A DNA stretch of 64,000 nucleotides, taken from the NCBI GenBank assembly GCA_020860605.1, contig JAJBTZ010000011.1, positions 2,230-66,229 of the forward strand, given 5' to 3'. The translations under genes and the position numbers were made by a program. Below the pieces are notes generated by a model that searched no databases, had not been told where the DNA came from, and was given only the letters and a program-made list of their open reading frames with translations. Source of the DNA: Ruminococcus sp. GTDB lineage: Bacteria; Bacillota; Clostridia; Oscillospirales; Ruminococcaceae. Positions 53,397 to 62,195 of the stretch are shown piece after piece (position 1 is the first letter of the stretch; each line of letters opens with the position of its first letter).

Positions 53397-54242
53397 TTAC
53401 ACAGCAACCTTTGCACAAATGAGCGAGTACCCCCCCACACTGCTGCTTTCTATCAATTCATCTTTTGTAAAAAGATGATTGAGTTGCTGCGACAATATGC
53501 AAATCATATTGTTGCGGTCAGTCTCATCGAGCTGAGAGACGTCTAAGATAATACCTCGTGGATTTATCATTCTGGTTAGATAAAACTTAGCTTTTGAAAT
53601 TTTACTCTCCTGCGTTTTCTTGTTGACTAATCTGATCGTACGTCTTACTACAGGACATTCCTGTTCAATATTTTTCCATTCTTCCGCAACTACATCTTCG
53701 TATATTGCATTCGCAAACTCTGTTGTAAGAAATGAGTTCATCAATTCTTTTACTTTGCATTGATCGGATAAATACACTTTGCGTATAAAATCTCTGTACT
53801 TCTCTTTTATGTAGCCATGATATAAATATCTTGAGAAAAGCATCGTCACTGCTTGAACAGAATCACTTGCTACATAGATTCCATCAACTTTCCGTCTATC
53901 TTCTAAAAGCATTTCTGCAGGCAGTAAGTTAATGCCATTCCAACCATATGATTGGAAATCAAAATGTGCAAGATAATCTCCATCATCCGCTGACATCACA
54001 ACTGTCCACACATTTCCAAAATCCCGCCATACGGAATACGCAATCTTCCATCCATTGCTACGTATAATTCTCAATATCTGGTCGCTGTATTTCAAATCAA
54101 TCGCTATATCGACATCATGCAAATCTCCGCTTATGATTTCATCTGCATTACGAAGTACACAGTATCTAATACCAGCTTTTTCAAATTCACTAAAGCAATC
54201 TATGATATATGCTATATCTTTTCTCATTGCCTGCTCCTCCAT
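53397..54242 (-). CDS. uncharacterised NTase-like domain protein, truncated paralog of the next gene
   Basis: 281 aa. Collinear with residues ~10-260 of the 445-aa protein (CVLRNADE..HDVDI, YLYHGYIKEKYRDFI). The position of the paralog's P-loop reads VSQLDETDRNN. A G7 tract lies 13 codons before the stop. Confidence 0.5.
   Translation of the reverse strand: MEEQAMRKDIAYIIDCFSEFEKAGIRYCVLRNADEIISGDLHDVDIAIDLKYSDQILRIIRSNGWKIAYSVWRDFGNVWTVVMSADDGDYLAHFDFQSYGWNGINLLPAEMLLEDRRKVDGIYVASDSVQAVTMLFSRYLYHGYIKEKYRDFIRKVYLSDQCKVKELMNSFLTTEFANAIYEDVVAEEWKNIEQECPVVRRTIRLVNKKTQESKISKAKFYLTRMINPRGIILDVSQLDETDRNNMICILSQQLNHLFTKDELIESSSVGGYSLICAKVAV
53430..53436 (-). repeat. G7 homopolymer tract near the 3' end of the NTase-like paralog
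   Basis: Read directly. Length changes replace only the last ~13 residues with alternative tails. Confidence 0.95.
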
Positions 54243-54255
54243 GTCGATATTTTAC

Positions 54256-55593
54256 TTAGCACTTCGCATTGCATGAATCTAAAATTTCTTTTGCAACATT
54301 ATACACAACATCATCAATGGATTCGTTAACATCAATCTCCACAGCATGTGCAAATTTGAGCTCATTTGTTCTCAGCCGCTGAATCTGCTCCTCTATTTCG
54401 CTCACATCAATTTCTTTCTTTCTCTCGTACAAAACCCGTGGATCACCGATAAGTAGGAATGTCACATCCGGCTTGGGAATCATGAATTTAAAGAAATCGA
54501 GAACCTTGTCGCTGATACTGAGGCGATACCGAATTTTATCCATGTAGTAGTCGTAATAATATCTATCGAACACAACTAAGTGTCCTTTTGAAAGTTGCTT
54601 TCGCACCTTGAGCCAATAGCCAAATAGGTAATCAAAATTGAAGAGCATAAACTTCAAAAAGGACTTCACACGTCCATATGGCTTCTTGGCATGTGGTTCT
54701 GTGACTACAACGCTTTCACCGGATGCACCGCCTTTTTTCTTCACAATGACTCCAGGTCTCCAATGGTTATAGTCAAACATTCCTTCAGGAAATGAATTTT
54801 CAAGTACCTGCTCTAAGCCGTCAATAATCGTGCTTTTGCCGCTTCCATCCGTACCCTCGAAAGCTACCATCAAACCCGGTTTGTTTTTCGCTTTCTTCAG
54901 AAGATATTTATAGTAAGAAATCTTACTTTTCCTTGCGGACTTTTGAAGCGATTTTACTATCCTATCGCGCTGTTCTTCTATCTTAGTCCACTCAGAGTTC
55001 ATTACACACTGATAGACGAATTGAACCGTGTCGCCGTCAAGAAAATTCTCCATAAGAACCTTGACAGACTTTTCATGAGAAGAAAAGACTCCTCCAATAT
55101 ATTCCTTATACTTGCTCTTGATATAACCATTATGAAGAAGTCTGATGAAGAGCTTTGTAACGGCTTCTACGGCAGGGTCAGCCTTATGTATTACACCGCT
55201 GCTGTCGATGTTATCTATAAGGGTTGAATTTTCAAGAAGAACGTAGCCACTCCAAGCAAATGTCGGGAAAACATCAAAATGAGCAATATGTATTTCTTTT
55301 GCACTCTGATCTGCGAAATAAAAATGATAGCACTTGATATTCGTCTTGTCTTTCGAGGCACCAGTTTTGATGTGCATCTTCCAACCACAATCATATGCCA
55401 CTCGTATCATTACATTCTCAACATCTACCAGCCTGTCAGCATCAGCTGTCATATCTATATCGTGTGCTTCGCCATTCTCGACTTCATCAGCATTTCGGAG
55501 TACACAGAATTTTATATTTTCTTTTTCAAGTGCCTTAAATATGGCTTTCACGAAATCAACTTCGCAACTCATATCATCCACTGCCCTTTTCAC
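54256..55593 (-). CDS. two-domain protein: uncharacterised NTase-like N-domain + thymidylate-kinase-like P-loop domain
   Basis: 445 aa. N-domain FCVLRNADEVENGEAHDIDM. C-domain begins VAFEGTDGSGKST, the dTMP-kinase-type Walker A. Confidence 0.55.
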   Translation of the reverse strand: MKRAVDDMSCEVDFVKAIFKALEKENIKFCVLRNADEVENGEAHDIDMTADADRLVDVENVMIRVAYDCGWKMHIKTGASKDKTNIKCYHFYFADQSAKEIHIAHFDVFPTFAWSGYVLLENSTLIDNIDSSGVIHKADPAVEAVTKLFIRLLHNGYIKSKYKEYIGGVFSSHEKSVKVLMENFLDGDTVQFVYQCVMNSEWTKIEEQRDRIVKSLQKSARKSKISYYKYLLKKAKNKPGLMVAFEGTDGSGKSTIIDGLEQVLENSFPEGMFDYNHWRPGVIVKKKGGASGESVVVTEPHAKKPYGRVKSFLKFMLFNFDYLFGYWLKVRKQLSKGHLVVFDRYYYDYYMDKIRYRLSISDKVLDFFKFMIPKPDVTFLLIGDPRVLYERKKEIDVSEIEEQIQRLRTNELKFAHAVEIDVNESIDDVVYNVAKEILDSCNAKC

Positions 55594-56511
55594 TTATGCA
55601 AGCTGTGTTATCAGCCTTCTAAACTCGCTTAAAAAAGCTTCTTTGTCTATCTCAAACTCAGGGATATACTTTCTAATTTCTTTAATGCCACTTTCATAAG
55701 CATCTTCAAAAGAAAGATTATTCAGAGCAACGCCTATAACCGTTACATAATGCATGATGTCATAGCCTGCCATTCTGTAGCCACATTGCTCCCAGTCAAA
55801 TACCGTATAGCGGTTTTCAGTCTTTTTAATATTCCAAGGCGCAAAATCACCGTGTGAAAACTCACATCCCGACAAATGCTCCCCAAATTTTATAGCCGAT
55901 ATTTCTTTGTAAATCTCAACAATATCTTCTGTGAGAACCGGCTCGACTTTTTCACCTTTAAACTCCCTTGTCAATTGTAAATTGAACGGATTGCCATTAT
56001 CTGCTTTTATAGCTGTGATGAGTTCGGGAATCTCAAATGTCCTGTATGCCCCACGCTTGCTCAGGAAATCCATCTCAGCAGACATTTCTTTCTCTGTGGC
56101 GGAGTTTCCTATTTTTACGAAGACTGCATCATCTGTATCATTTCCAAAGCACTGCATTACGAGCTTTTGCTTTTCGTCATATGTTCCGACAATCATGTTC
56201 CATGAACTTTTGCCAGTCTGCTCGAATGCCTTTTCTATCTCTGGATGAAGCTGCACCTTTGCAAAGTAGCCCATTCCAGCTTTTTCGAGCAGCCAAAACG
56301 GAATGCAGTTCAGATATTTCATCAGCAGTCCCAGCTTGCCGGAATATGTAGAGATATTCTGACTCAGCCGTTTCTTTCCGCTGGGAGCAATTATGTATCT
56401 AATCTTATCTCCATTGCAAAGAACAAAGTGCGATGAGTCTTTCTTTTCAGTTTTTTCTATCTTTAGTGCCTGTTTCAGTATGCCAGACGTACTTTTCATA
56501 TCACTCATCAA
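55594..56511 (-). CDS. protein-kinase-like fold phosphotransferase (APH/choline-kinase family)
   Basis: 305 aa. Brenner-type catalytic motif FSHGDFAPWNI followed by VFDWEQCG. Confidence 0.65.
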   Translation of the reverse strand: MMSDMKSTSGILKQALKIEKTEKKDSSHFVLCNGDKIRYIIAPSGKKRLSQNISTYSGKLGLLMKYLNCIPFWLLEKAGMGYFAKVQLHPEIEKAFEQTGKSSWNMIVGTYDEKQKLVMQCFGNDTDDAVFVKIGNSATEKEMSAEMDFLSKRGAYRTFEIPELITAIKADNGNPFNLQLTREFKGEKVEPVLTEDIVEIYKEISAIKFGEHLSGCEFSHGDFAPWNIKKTENRYTVFDWEQCGYRMAGYDIMHYVTVIGVALNNLSFEDAYESGIKEIRKYIPEFEIDKEAFLSEFRRLITQLA

Positions 56512-56525
56512 GTTTTTTGCCCCTC

Positions 56526-57698
56526 TTACCGTGAGACTCGATCATATATAGCTTCTAATTGGCTGATATTCTCCTCGCTTGAATACTGGTCTTCGTATAC
56601 TTTCTTCACACTTTCGCAAATATCGAAGTTACACTTTTGGATTACATCAACCAGAGAAGATGCCGAATCAGATTTAAACTTGTACCCAGTTACTCCCTCT
56701 TCAATCAAATCCCCAACATTTCCAATATCAGAACCGATCACCAGCGTTCCCACTGAGTACGCTTCCAGAATCGTCATAGGAAATCCTTCATACCATTGTG
56801 TCGGTAATATCAAGGCTTTTGAATTAGCAATTAATTTCTTAGCTTCCGTATTAGGGACAAACCCTTTCATTTCGATATTAACGTCAAGATTGTCTTTCAT
56901 GAAGCTATTGCACCAATTCTCAAGCGGTCCTGTACCGCAGACAATCAACTTTGGGGCTCGCTCGCCCATCTGCATCCATGCCTCGAATAGGATTTTTATG
57001 CCTTTCAGTTCGTCGAGTCTGCCGACGTAGATGAACTGATCGGGACGGTTTTCGAACGTGATTATGTCTCCACTCGCCTCAACGAAATTCGGCTTTACAA
57101 AAACTCTCTCAGGCTTGATTTGCTTTAGCTGTAGTAATTTCTGCTTGTTAAACTCTGTCAGACATATATAATTCAGCTTTCCATAGGTTCCGAGTGCTCG
57201 ATGAATCTTCGTTGTGATGACACACATCAAGGTTTGGAGTTTACTGCCTCTGTAGCAGGAATGCTTTACAGCACATCCTAAGCCATGTTCAACGCAATCC
57301 TCGCAGATGTGCCCGTCTCTGTAGAAAGTCGCACCTGGGCACAGCAGACGAAAGTTATGTATGGTCTGCACCACGGGCACTTTACAGGAAAATGCGGCAT
57401 AGTAGACAGAAGGACTAACGAGATTCAACGTGTTGTGAACGTGAACGATGTCTATATGCTGCTCTTTGATGATTTTCTTGACTTCTCGGTAGGTTTTTGG
57501 GTTGAAAACCGTGGTGAGCGGAAGCAGGAGTTTCTTGGCTTTTGACATGGTTTTAAGCTCGGAATTGTTTCGGGTGTAGAGGATAACCTCGTGACCGTGG
57601 TCTTCGAGAAGCTTTTTCTCGTTGGCGACAACGGTATCTTCGCCGCCAGGGATTTGGTAGTAGTTGTGGACTAGTAGGATTTTATATTTTTTGTCCAT
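56526..57698 (-). CDS. GT4 family glycosyltransferase
   Basis: 390 aa. N-terminus KILLVHNYYQIPGGED and a C-terminal EGFPMTILEA motif. Confidence 0.8.
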   Translation of the reverse strand: MDKKYKILLVHNYYQIPGGEDTVVANEKKLLEDHGHEVILYTRNNSELKTMSKAKKLLLPLTTVFNPKTYREVKKIIKEQHIDIVHVHNTLNLVSPSVYYAAFSCKVPVVQTIHNFRLLCPGATFYRDGHICEDCVEHGLGCAVKHSCYRGSKLQTLMCVITTKIHRALGTYGKLNYICLTEFNKQKLLQLKQIKPERVFVKPNFVEASGDIITFENRPDQFIYVGRLDELKGIKILFEAWMQMGERAPKLIVCGTGPLENWCNSFMKDNLDVNIEMKGFVPNTEAKKLIANSKALILPTQWYEGFPMTILEAYSVGTLVIGSDIGNVGDLIEEGVTGYKFKSDSASSLVDVIQKCNFDICESVKKVYEDQYSSEENISQLEAIYDRVSR

Positions 57699-57735
57699 TT
57701 TTGTATCTTTCCAGGTTTATAGCTTTATTTGAGTA

Positions 57736-58350
57736 CTAAAACCTAAACGTATCTTTCAACCCCACCCACAACTGATCTTTCTCACTCAGCCTAAGTGGCG
57801 TACCATCCTCAAGCGCATATCCCTCAGCAGATGCTGTCCCATTGTAAGCACCTGTTACTCCAACCCCTGCCCAATCAATCCCAATCTTCGGATCATTCCA
57901 GGCAAGTCCTCCCTCGTCATTCGGGTGATAGAAGTCATCGCACTTATAGCAGAACTCTGCCGTATCACTCAATACGAGAAAACCGTGTGCGAAGCCTCTG
58001 GGAATCAGAAACTGCTTCTTGTTCTCCTCAGTCAGCTCAATGCCATACCATTTACCGTAAGTGTCTGAACCACTTCTCAGATCCACGGCTACATCGAAAA
58101 CAGAACCTTTAATCACTCTGACAAGCTTCGTCTGGGGATAATCCTTCTGGAAATGAAGTCCACGAAGGACGCCCTTTGTTGACATCGACTGGTTGTCTTG
58201 AACGAAAGTAATGTCAATTCCCGCTTCTTCCATATCTCTCTGACTGTAGGTCTCCATAAAGTAGCCACGGCTGTCACCATGAACGGCTGGCTCTATTACG
58301 CACAAGCCCTTGATGCCTGCGACGTCCTTTTCAACTTTTATCTGTCCCAT
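57736..58350 (-). CDS. rfbC: dTDP-4-dehydrorhamnose 3,5-epimerase
   Basis: 204 aa. HGDSRGYFMETY, RGLHFQ, GFAHGF motifs. rfbABDC context. Confidence 0.9.
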   Translation of the reverse strand: MGQIKVEKDVAGIKGLCVIEPAVHGDSRGYFMETYSQRDMEEAGIDITFVQDNQSMSTKGVLRGLHFQKDYPQTKLVRVIKGSVFDVAVDLRSGSDTYGKWYGIELTEENKKQFLIPRGFAHGFLVLSDTAEFCYKCDDFYHPNDEGGLAWNDPKIGIDWAGVGVTGAYNGTASAEGYALEDGTPLRLSEKDQLWVGLKDTFRF

Positions 58351-59237
58351 CAGTATTCAATCTCCTCAAGGTATCTGCTTAGAGCATCCTGCCAAGTCGG
58401 AAGTGGTTTGAATCCAGCTTCCACCAGCTTGCTCTTATCAAGTCTGCTATTGAATGGACGTGCAGCCTTGCTCAAGCCATATTCTTCAGTTGTAACTGGA
58501 ATTACCTTTGTTGTATAACCGGCTTGCCTGTAGATTTCTTTGGTGAAGTCATACCAGCTTATATATCCGCCCTCGTTGGTGGCGTGGTAGTAGCCGTACT
58601 TGTCGGTTTCTATCATGTCCACAAGAAGTCTCGCAAGGTCATATGTATAGGTCGGGGTTCCAATCTGGTCGTTCACAACTCTTACTGTGTCGTGAGTTTT
58701 GCCAACGTTCAGCATCGTCTTGATGAAGTTCTTGCCATTGAGTCCGAATACCCACGCTATGCGGACGATGAAGTATTTATCAAGCGTCTGACTTACTGCC
58801 AGCTCACCCTCAAGCTTGGTCTGACCGTAGACATTGAGAGGCTTGTAGTCCTTACAGTCCGGTTGCCAAGGCTCCGTGCCTTGTCCATCGAAAACATAAT
58901 CGGTGCTGATATAGACCATTTTGCAATCTAATTTCTTGCAGACTTCTGCGATATTCTTGGTTCCACCTGCGTTGATTGCACGAACTTTCTCGACCTTGTC
59001 GTCGTCCTCTGCCATATCCACAGCCGTCCAAGCGGCGCAGTGAATTACGACATCAGGATTTACTTCGGTTATTGCTTTACCCACAGCTTCAGAATCAGTA
59101 ATATCAAGCTGAACATATGGGTATGCGCTAACAAGTTCAACGACATCCGAGCCGATTGCCTCATAGCCACGCTTATTCAGTTCGTTCATCACATCGTGTC
59201 CGAGCTGTCCTCCGACACCGGTTACGAATACTTTCAT
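58350..59237 (-). CDS. rfbD: dTDP-4-dehydrorhamnose reductase
   Basis: Start at ATG 59237 (MKVFVTGVGGQLG). The 131 codons upstream in the tracked ORF overlap rfbB out of frame and are low complexity. YGQTKLEGE catalytic motif. Confidence 0.9.
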   Translation of the reverse strand: MKVFVTGVGGQLGHDVMNELNKRGYEAIGSDVVELVSAYPYVQLDITDSEAVGKAITEVNPDVVIHCAAWTAVDMAEDDDKVEKVRAINAGGTKNIAEVCKKLDCKMVYISTDYVFDGQGTEPWQPDCKDYKPLNVYGQTKLEGELAVSQTLDKYFIVRIAWVFGLNGKNFIKTMLNVGKTHDTVRVVNDQIGTPTYTYDLARLLVDMIETDKYGYYHATNEGGYISWYDFTKEIYRQAGYTTKVIPVTTEEYGLSKAARPFNSRLDKSKLVEAGFKPLPTWQDALSRYLEEIEY

Positions 59238-59238
59238 A

Positions 59239-60258
59239 CTATCTGTTTCCATACATCTTCTCATAATAGTTCTGGTGCTCACCCGAAATAATAGTCTCCC
59301 ACCACTCCCTATTGTCGAGATACCACTGAATCGTCTTCTTGATGCCATCCTCGAACTTTGTTTCGGGGAGCCAGCCGAGCTCGTTATGAATCTTGGTCGG
59401 ATCGATGGCGTAGCGCATATCGTGACCTTTACGGTCGGTGACGTGGGTAATGAGGCTCTCAGGCTTGCCGAGCTCTTTGCAGATAATCTTAACGATGTCG
59501 ATATTTCGCATCTCGTTGTGACCGCCGACGTTGTAAACCTCTCCGACTCTGCCCTTATGGATGATGAGATCGATTGCACGGCAGTGGTCTTCGACATAGA
59601 GCCAATCGCGGACATTGAGACCTTCGCCATAAACGGGCAAAGGCTTATCGTTCAAGGCATTCGCAATCATCAACGGAATCAGCTTCTCCGGGAAGTGATA
59701 CGGTCCGTAGTTGTTACTGCATCTTGAAATAGTCACAGGCAAGCCATAGGTTCTGTGGTAAGCGAGAACCAAGAGGTCTGCACTTGCTTTGCTCGAACTG
59801 TAAGGACTGCTTGTATGAATCGGGGTCTCCTCTGTAAAGAAGAGGTCGGGTCTGTCAAGAGGCAGGTCGCCATAAACCTCATCAGTTGAGACCTGATGAT
59901 AGCGGGTTATGCCATACTTCCGGCAGGCATCCATCAGGACGCTGGTGCCGATAATATTTGTCTGGAGGAAGATTCCAGGATCCTCGATTGAACGGTCAAC
60001 GTGGCTCTCAGCGGCGAAGTTGACGACGATGTCGGGGTGCTCCTCCCCGAAAAGATTGTAGACCGCTTCCCTGTCGCAGATGTCAGCTTTGACGAAACGG
60101 AAATTGGGGTTGTCCATTATTGGTGCTAATGTTGACAGATTGCCTGCATAGGTCAGCTTGTCCAGGCAGATGATGCGGTAATCCGGGTATGTATCGAGCA
60201 TATGGAAGATGAAGTTTGAGCCGATGAAGCCGGCTCCGCCGGTTACTACTATTGTCAT
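59239..60258 (-). CDS. rfbB: dTDP-glucose 4,6-dehydratase (full length)
   Basis: 339 aa. TGGAGFIGSNF and YSSSKASAD motifs. Confidence 0.95.
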   Translation of the reverse strand: MTIVVTGGAGFIGSNFIFHMLDTYPDYRIICLDKLTYAGNLSTLAPIMDNPNFRFVKADICDREAVYNLFGEEHPDIVVNFAAESHVDRSIEDPGIFLQTNIIGTSVLMDACRKYGITRYHQVSTDEVYGDLPLDRPDLFFTEETPIHTSSPYSSSKASADLLVLAYHRTYGLPVTISRCSNNYGPYHFPEKLIPLMIANALNDKPLPVYGEGLNVRDWLYVEDHCRAIDLIIHKGRVGEVYNVGGHNEMRNIDIVKIICKELGKPESLITHVTDRKGHDMRYAIDPTKIHNELGWLPETKFEDGIKKTIQWYLDNREWWETIISGEHQNYYEKMYGNR

Positions 60259-60272
60259 GATGGTTTCCTCTC

Positions 60273-61169
60273 TTAATGCAATACGTCAAGATACTTGCCG
60301 TCAAGCACGTCCTTCAGATACTGTCCGTACTGGTTCTTCTTCAGAACTTCATAGACAGCAAGGACTTCCTCCCTCGAAATCCAGCCGTTCAGATAAGCTA
60401 TTTCTTCGAGGCAAGCTATCTTTCTATGCTGATGCTGTTCAACGGTCTTTACGAAGTTGGTCGCATCAACAAGGCTCTCGTGAGTACCTGTATCGAGCCA
60501 AGTGAAGCCCTGACCGAGTAGCTCTACATTCAAGTTGCCATTTTCAAGGTAGATGCGATTCAAATCGGTGATTTCGAGCTCTCCACGAGCAGAGGGTTCG
60601 AGATTCTTTGCGTACTCAACGACACGATTGTCATAGAAGTAGAGACCTGTTACGCAATAATTGCTCTTCGGATGTGCCGGCTTCTCTTCAATCGAAATCG
60701 CCTTGCCGTCTTTGTCGAATTCTACAATACCGAAGCGCTCCGGGTCATCTACATAATATCCGAACACTGTAGCACCTTTGCCATTTTCAGCATTCTCAAC
60801 GGCGGCTTTCAATCTCTTCTTCAAGCCATGACCGGCGAAGATGTTGTCACCCAGTACCATTGCAACGGTGTCATCGCCGATAAAGTCTGCGCCGATAATA
60901 AACGCCTGAGCGAGACCATCAGGGCTCGGCTGAACGGCATATGTAAGATGCACGCCAAACTGATGACCATCGCCGAGCAAGTCCTCAAAGCGAGGCGTGT
61001 CCTGTGGCGTCGAGATAATCAGGATGTCCCGGATGCCAGCGTTCATGAGAACAGACATTGGGTAGTAAATCATCGGTTTGTCGTAAATCGGAAGCAATTG
61101 CTTCGATGTTACTTTTGTTAGTGGGTATAGGCGGGTGCCACTCCCGCCGGCTAGGATTATGCCTTTCAT
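60273..61169 (-). CDS. rfbA: glucose-1-phosphate thymidylyltransferase
   Basis: 298 aa. [18 protein letters not shown] signature. Confidence 0.95.
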   Translation of the reverse strand: MKGIILAGGSGTRLYPLTKVTSKQLLPIYDKPMIYYPMSVLMNAGIRDILIISTPQDTPRFEDLLGDGHQFGVHLTYAVQPSPDGLAQAFIIGADFIGDDTVAMVLGDNIFAGHGLKKRLKAAVENAENGKGATVFGYYVDDPERFGIVEFDKDGKAISIEEKPAHPKSNYCVTGLYFYDNRVVEYAKNLEPSARGELEITDLNRIYLENGNLNVELLGQGFTWLDTGTHESLVDATNFVKTVEQHQHRKIACLEEIAYLNGWISREEVLAVYEVLKKNQYGQYLKDVLDGKYLDVLH

Positions 61170-61175
61170 GGTTTT

Positions 61176-61970
61176 CTACTTCCCCCTAATCATAGCATTC
61201 CAAATGAACGGAATATTCGTATGCCAGTACTTCATAAACAGTCTCTTCGGTTCTTGTATCAATCTATAGACCCATTCGAGATTATGATCCTGCATCCACT
61301 CAGGTGCACGGCTGATATTTCCAGCAAAGTAATCGAAACCGGCTCCAACGCCGACCATGAGACCGTTTACCTTTCCCAAGTGCTCATACATCCAGTGCTC
61401 TTGCTTCGGGCAGGAGAGTCCTACCCAAACGAAGTCCGGCTGGAGCTCGTTGATTCGGTCAACTATGAGCTTGTCCTCTTCCTCTGTCAACGCTCTGAAC
61501 GGTGGGCTGTACATTCCTACTATGTTGAGATTCGGGTAGGCGTCCAATAGCTTTGTGCGGAGCTTTTCGAGAGTCTCGTCGGTCGAGCCGTAGAAGTAAT
61601 GCTTCCAGCCTCGCTCGGCACTCATTTTGAGAATCTCGCCCATGTAGGAAGGTCCAGTGGTCCTTTGCATATTTTTGTAGCCACGATGGCGACCTACTGT
61701 TGCGAGAGGACCGCCGTCTGGCATACAAAGAGCAGAACTGTTCAGGATTTTGCAGAATTCGGGGTCGTTGTAGGCGGTGACGTCTGAGTAAACGTTCACC
61801 ACGCTGAAGTAATCGCCTTTCAGATTTTCGAGATTTTCTGCGGTGTAGTTCAGAAGCCAATCCATGTCGATGGCGGCTATGTCTACGCCTAAAATTTTGC
61901 AGGTGGGGATTTGCGATTTGTCTATCTTCCTCTTAAATAATGTACTCTCTTTACTTGTCTCGTTCGTCAT
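61176..61970 (-). CDS. tagA: WecB/TagA/CpsF family glycosyltransferase (ManNAc-transferase-like)
   Basis: Start taken at ATG 61970 (MTNETSKE). ILGVDIAAIDM, PDGGPL and LSCPKQE motifs of the family. Confidence 0.75.
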   Translation of the reverse strand: MTNETSKESTLFKRKIDKSQIPTCKILGVDIAAIDMDWLLNYTAENLENLKGDYFSVVNVYSDVTAYNDPEFCKILNSSALCMPDGGPLATVGRHRGYKNMQRTTGPSYMGEILKMSAERGWKHYFYGSTDETLEKLRTKLLDAYPNLNIVGMYSPPFRALTEEEDKLIVDRINELQPDFVWVGLSCPKQEHWMYEHLGKVNGLMVGVGAGFDYFAGNISRAPEWMQDHNLEWVYRLIQEPKRLFMKYWHTNIPFIWNAMIRGK

Positions 61971-62112
61971 ATCTATCCCACATTTTTTAAACTTTTTACT
62001 TATCTCAATGGCAATCCGTCTGTACAAATTTTTTGTTCTAACGACAAGAACTCAAGTGCACTCTGAACCTCGCAACAAAATTTTTTACGAACGTGGTTAG
62101 CTCAAAAACAAG

Positions 62113-62139
62113 CAAAAAAATAAGCCCTCCGAAGAGGGC
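62113..62139 (-). terminator. rho-independent terminator after the 75-aa ORF, upstream of the glycan operon
   Basis: Minus strand: GCCCTC-ttcg-GAGGGC followed by TTATTTTTTT. Confidence 0.8.
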
Positions 62140-62195
62140 ATTGGTATCGTGATTAGATTTTGTTAAGTGTCTTTTGGATGTTTGTTACCACACTT

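Noticed and set aside
59238-59630. N-terminal 131-codon extension of the rfbD ORF (tracked as 58350-59630)
   Set aside because: The extension overlaps rfbB out of frame and is Ser/Arg/Thr-rich. A canonical rfbD N-terminus (MKVFVTGVGGQLG) starts at 59237, right after the rfbB stop.
34512-60258. The inverted rfbB copies as arms of an actively invertible 24-kb segment
   Set aside because: The copies differ at many synonymous positions. The longest identical stretches I could see are about 20 nt, and no recombinase is nearby. Ongoing homologous inversion seems unlikely, so it is kept only as a historical rearrangement scar.
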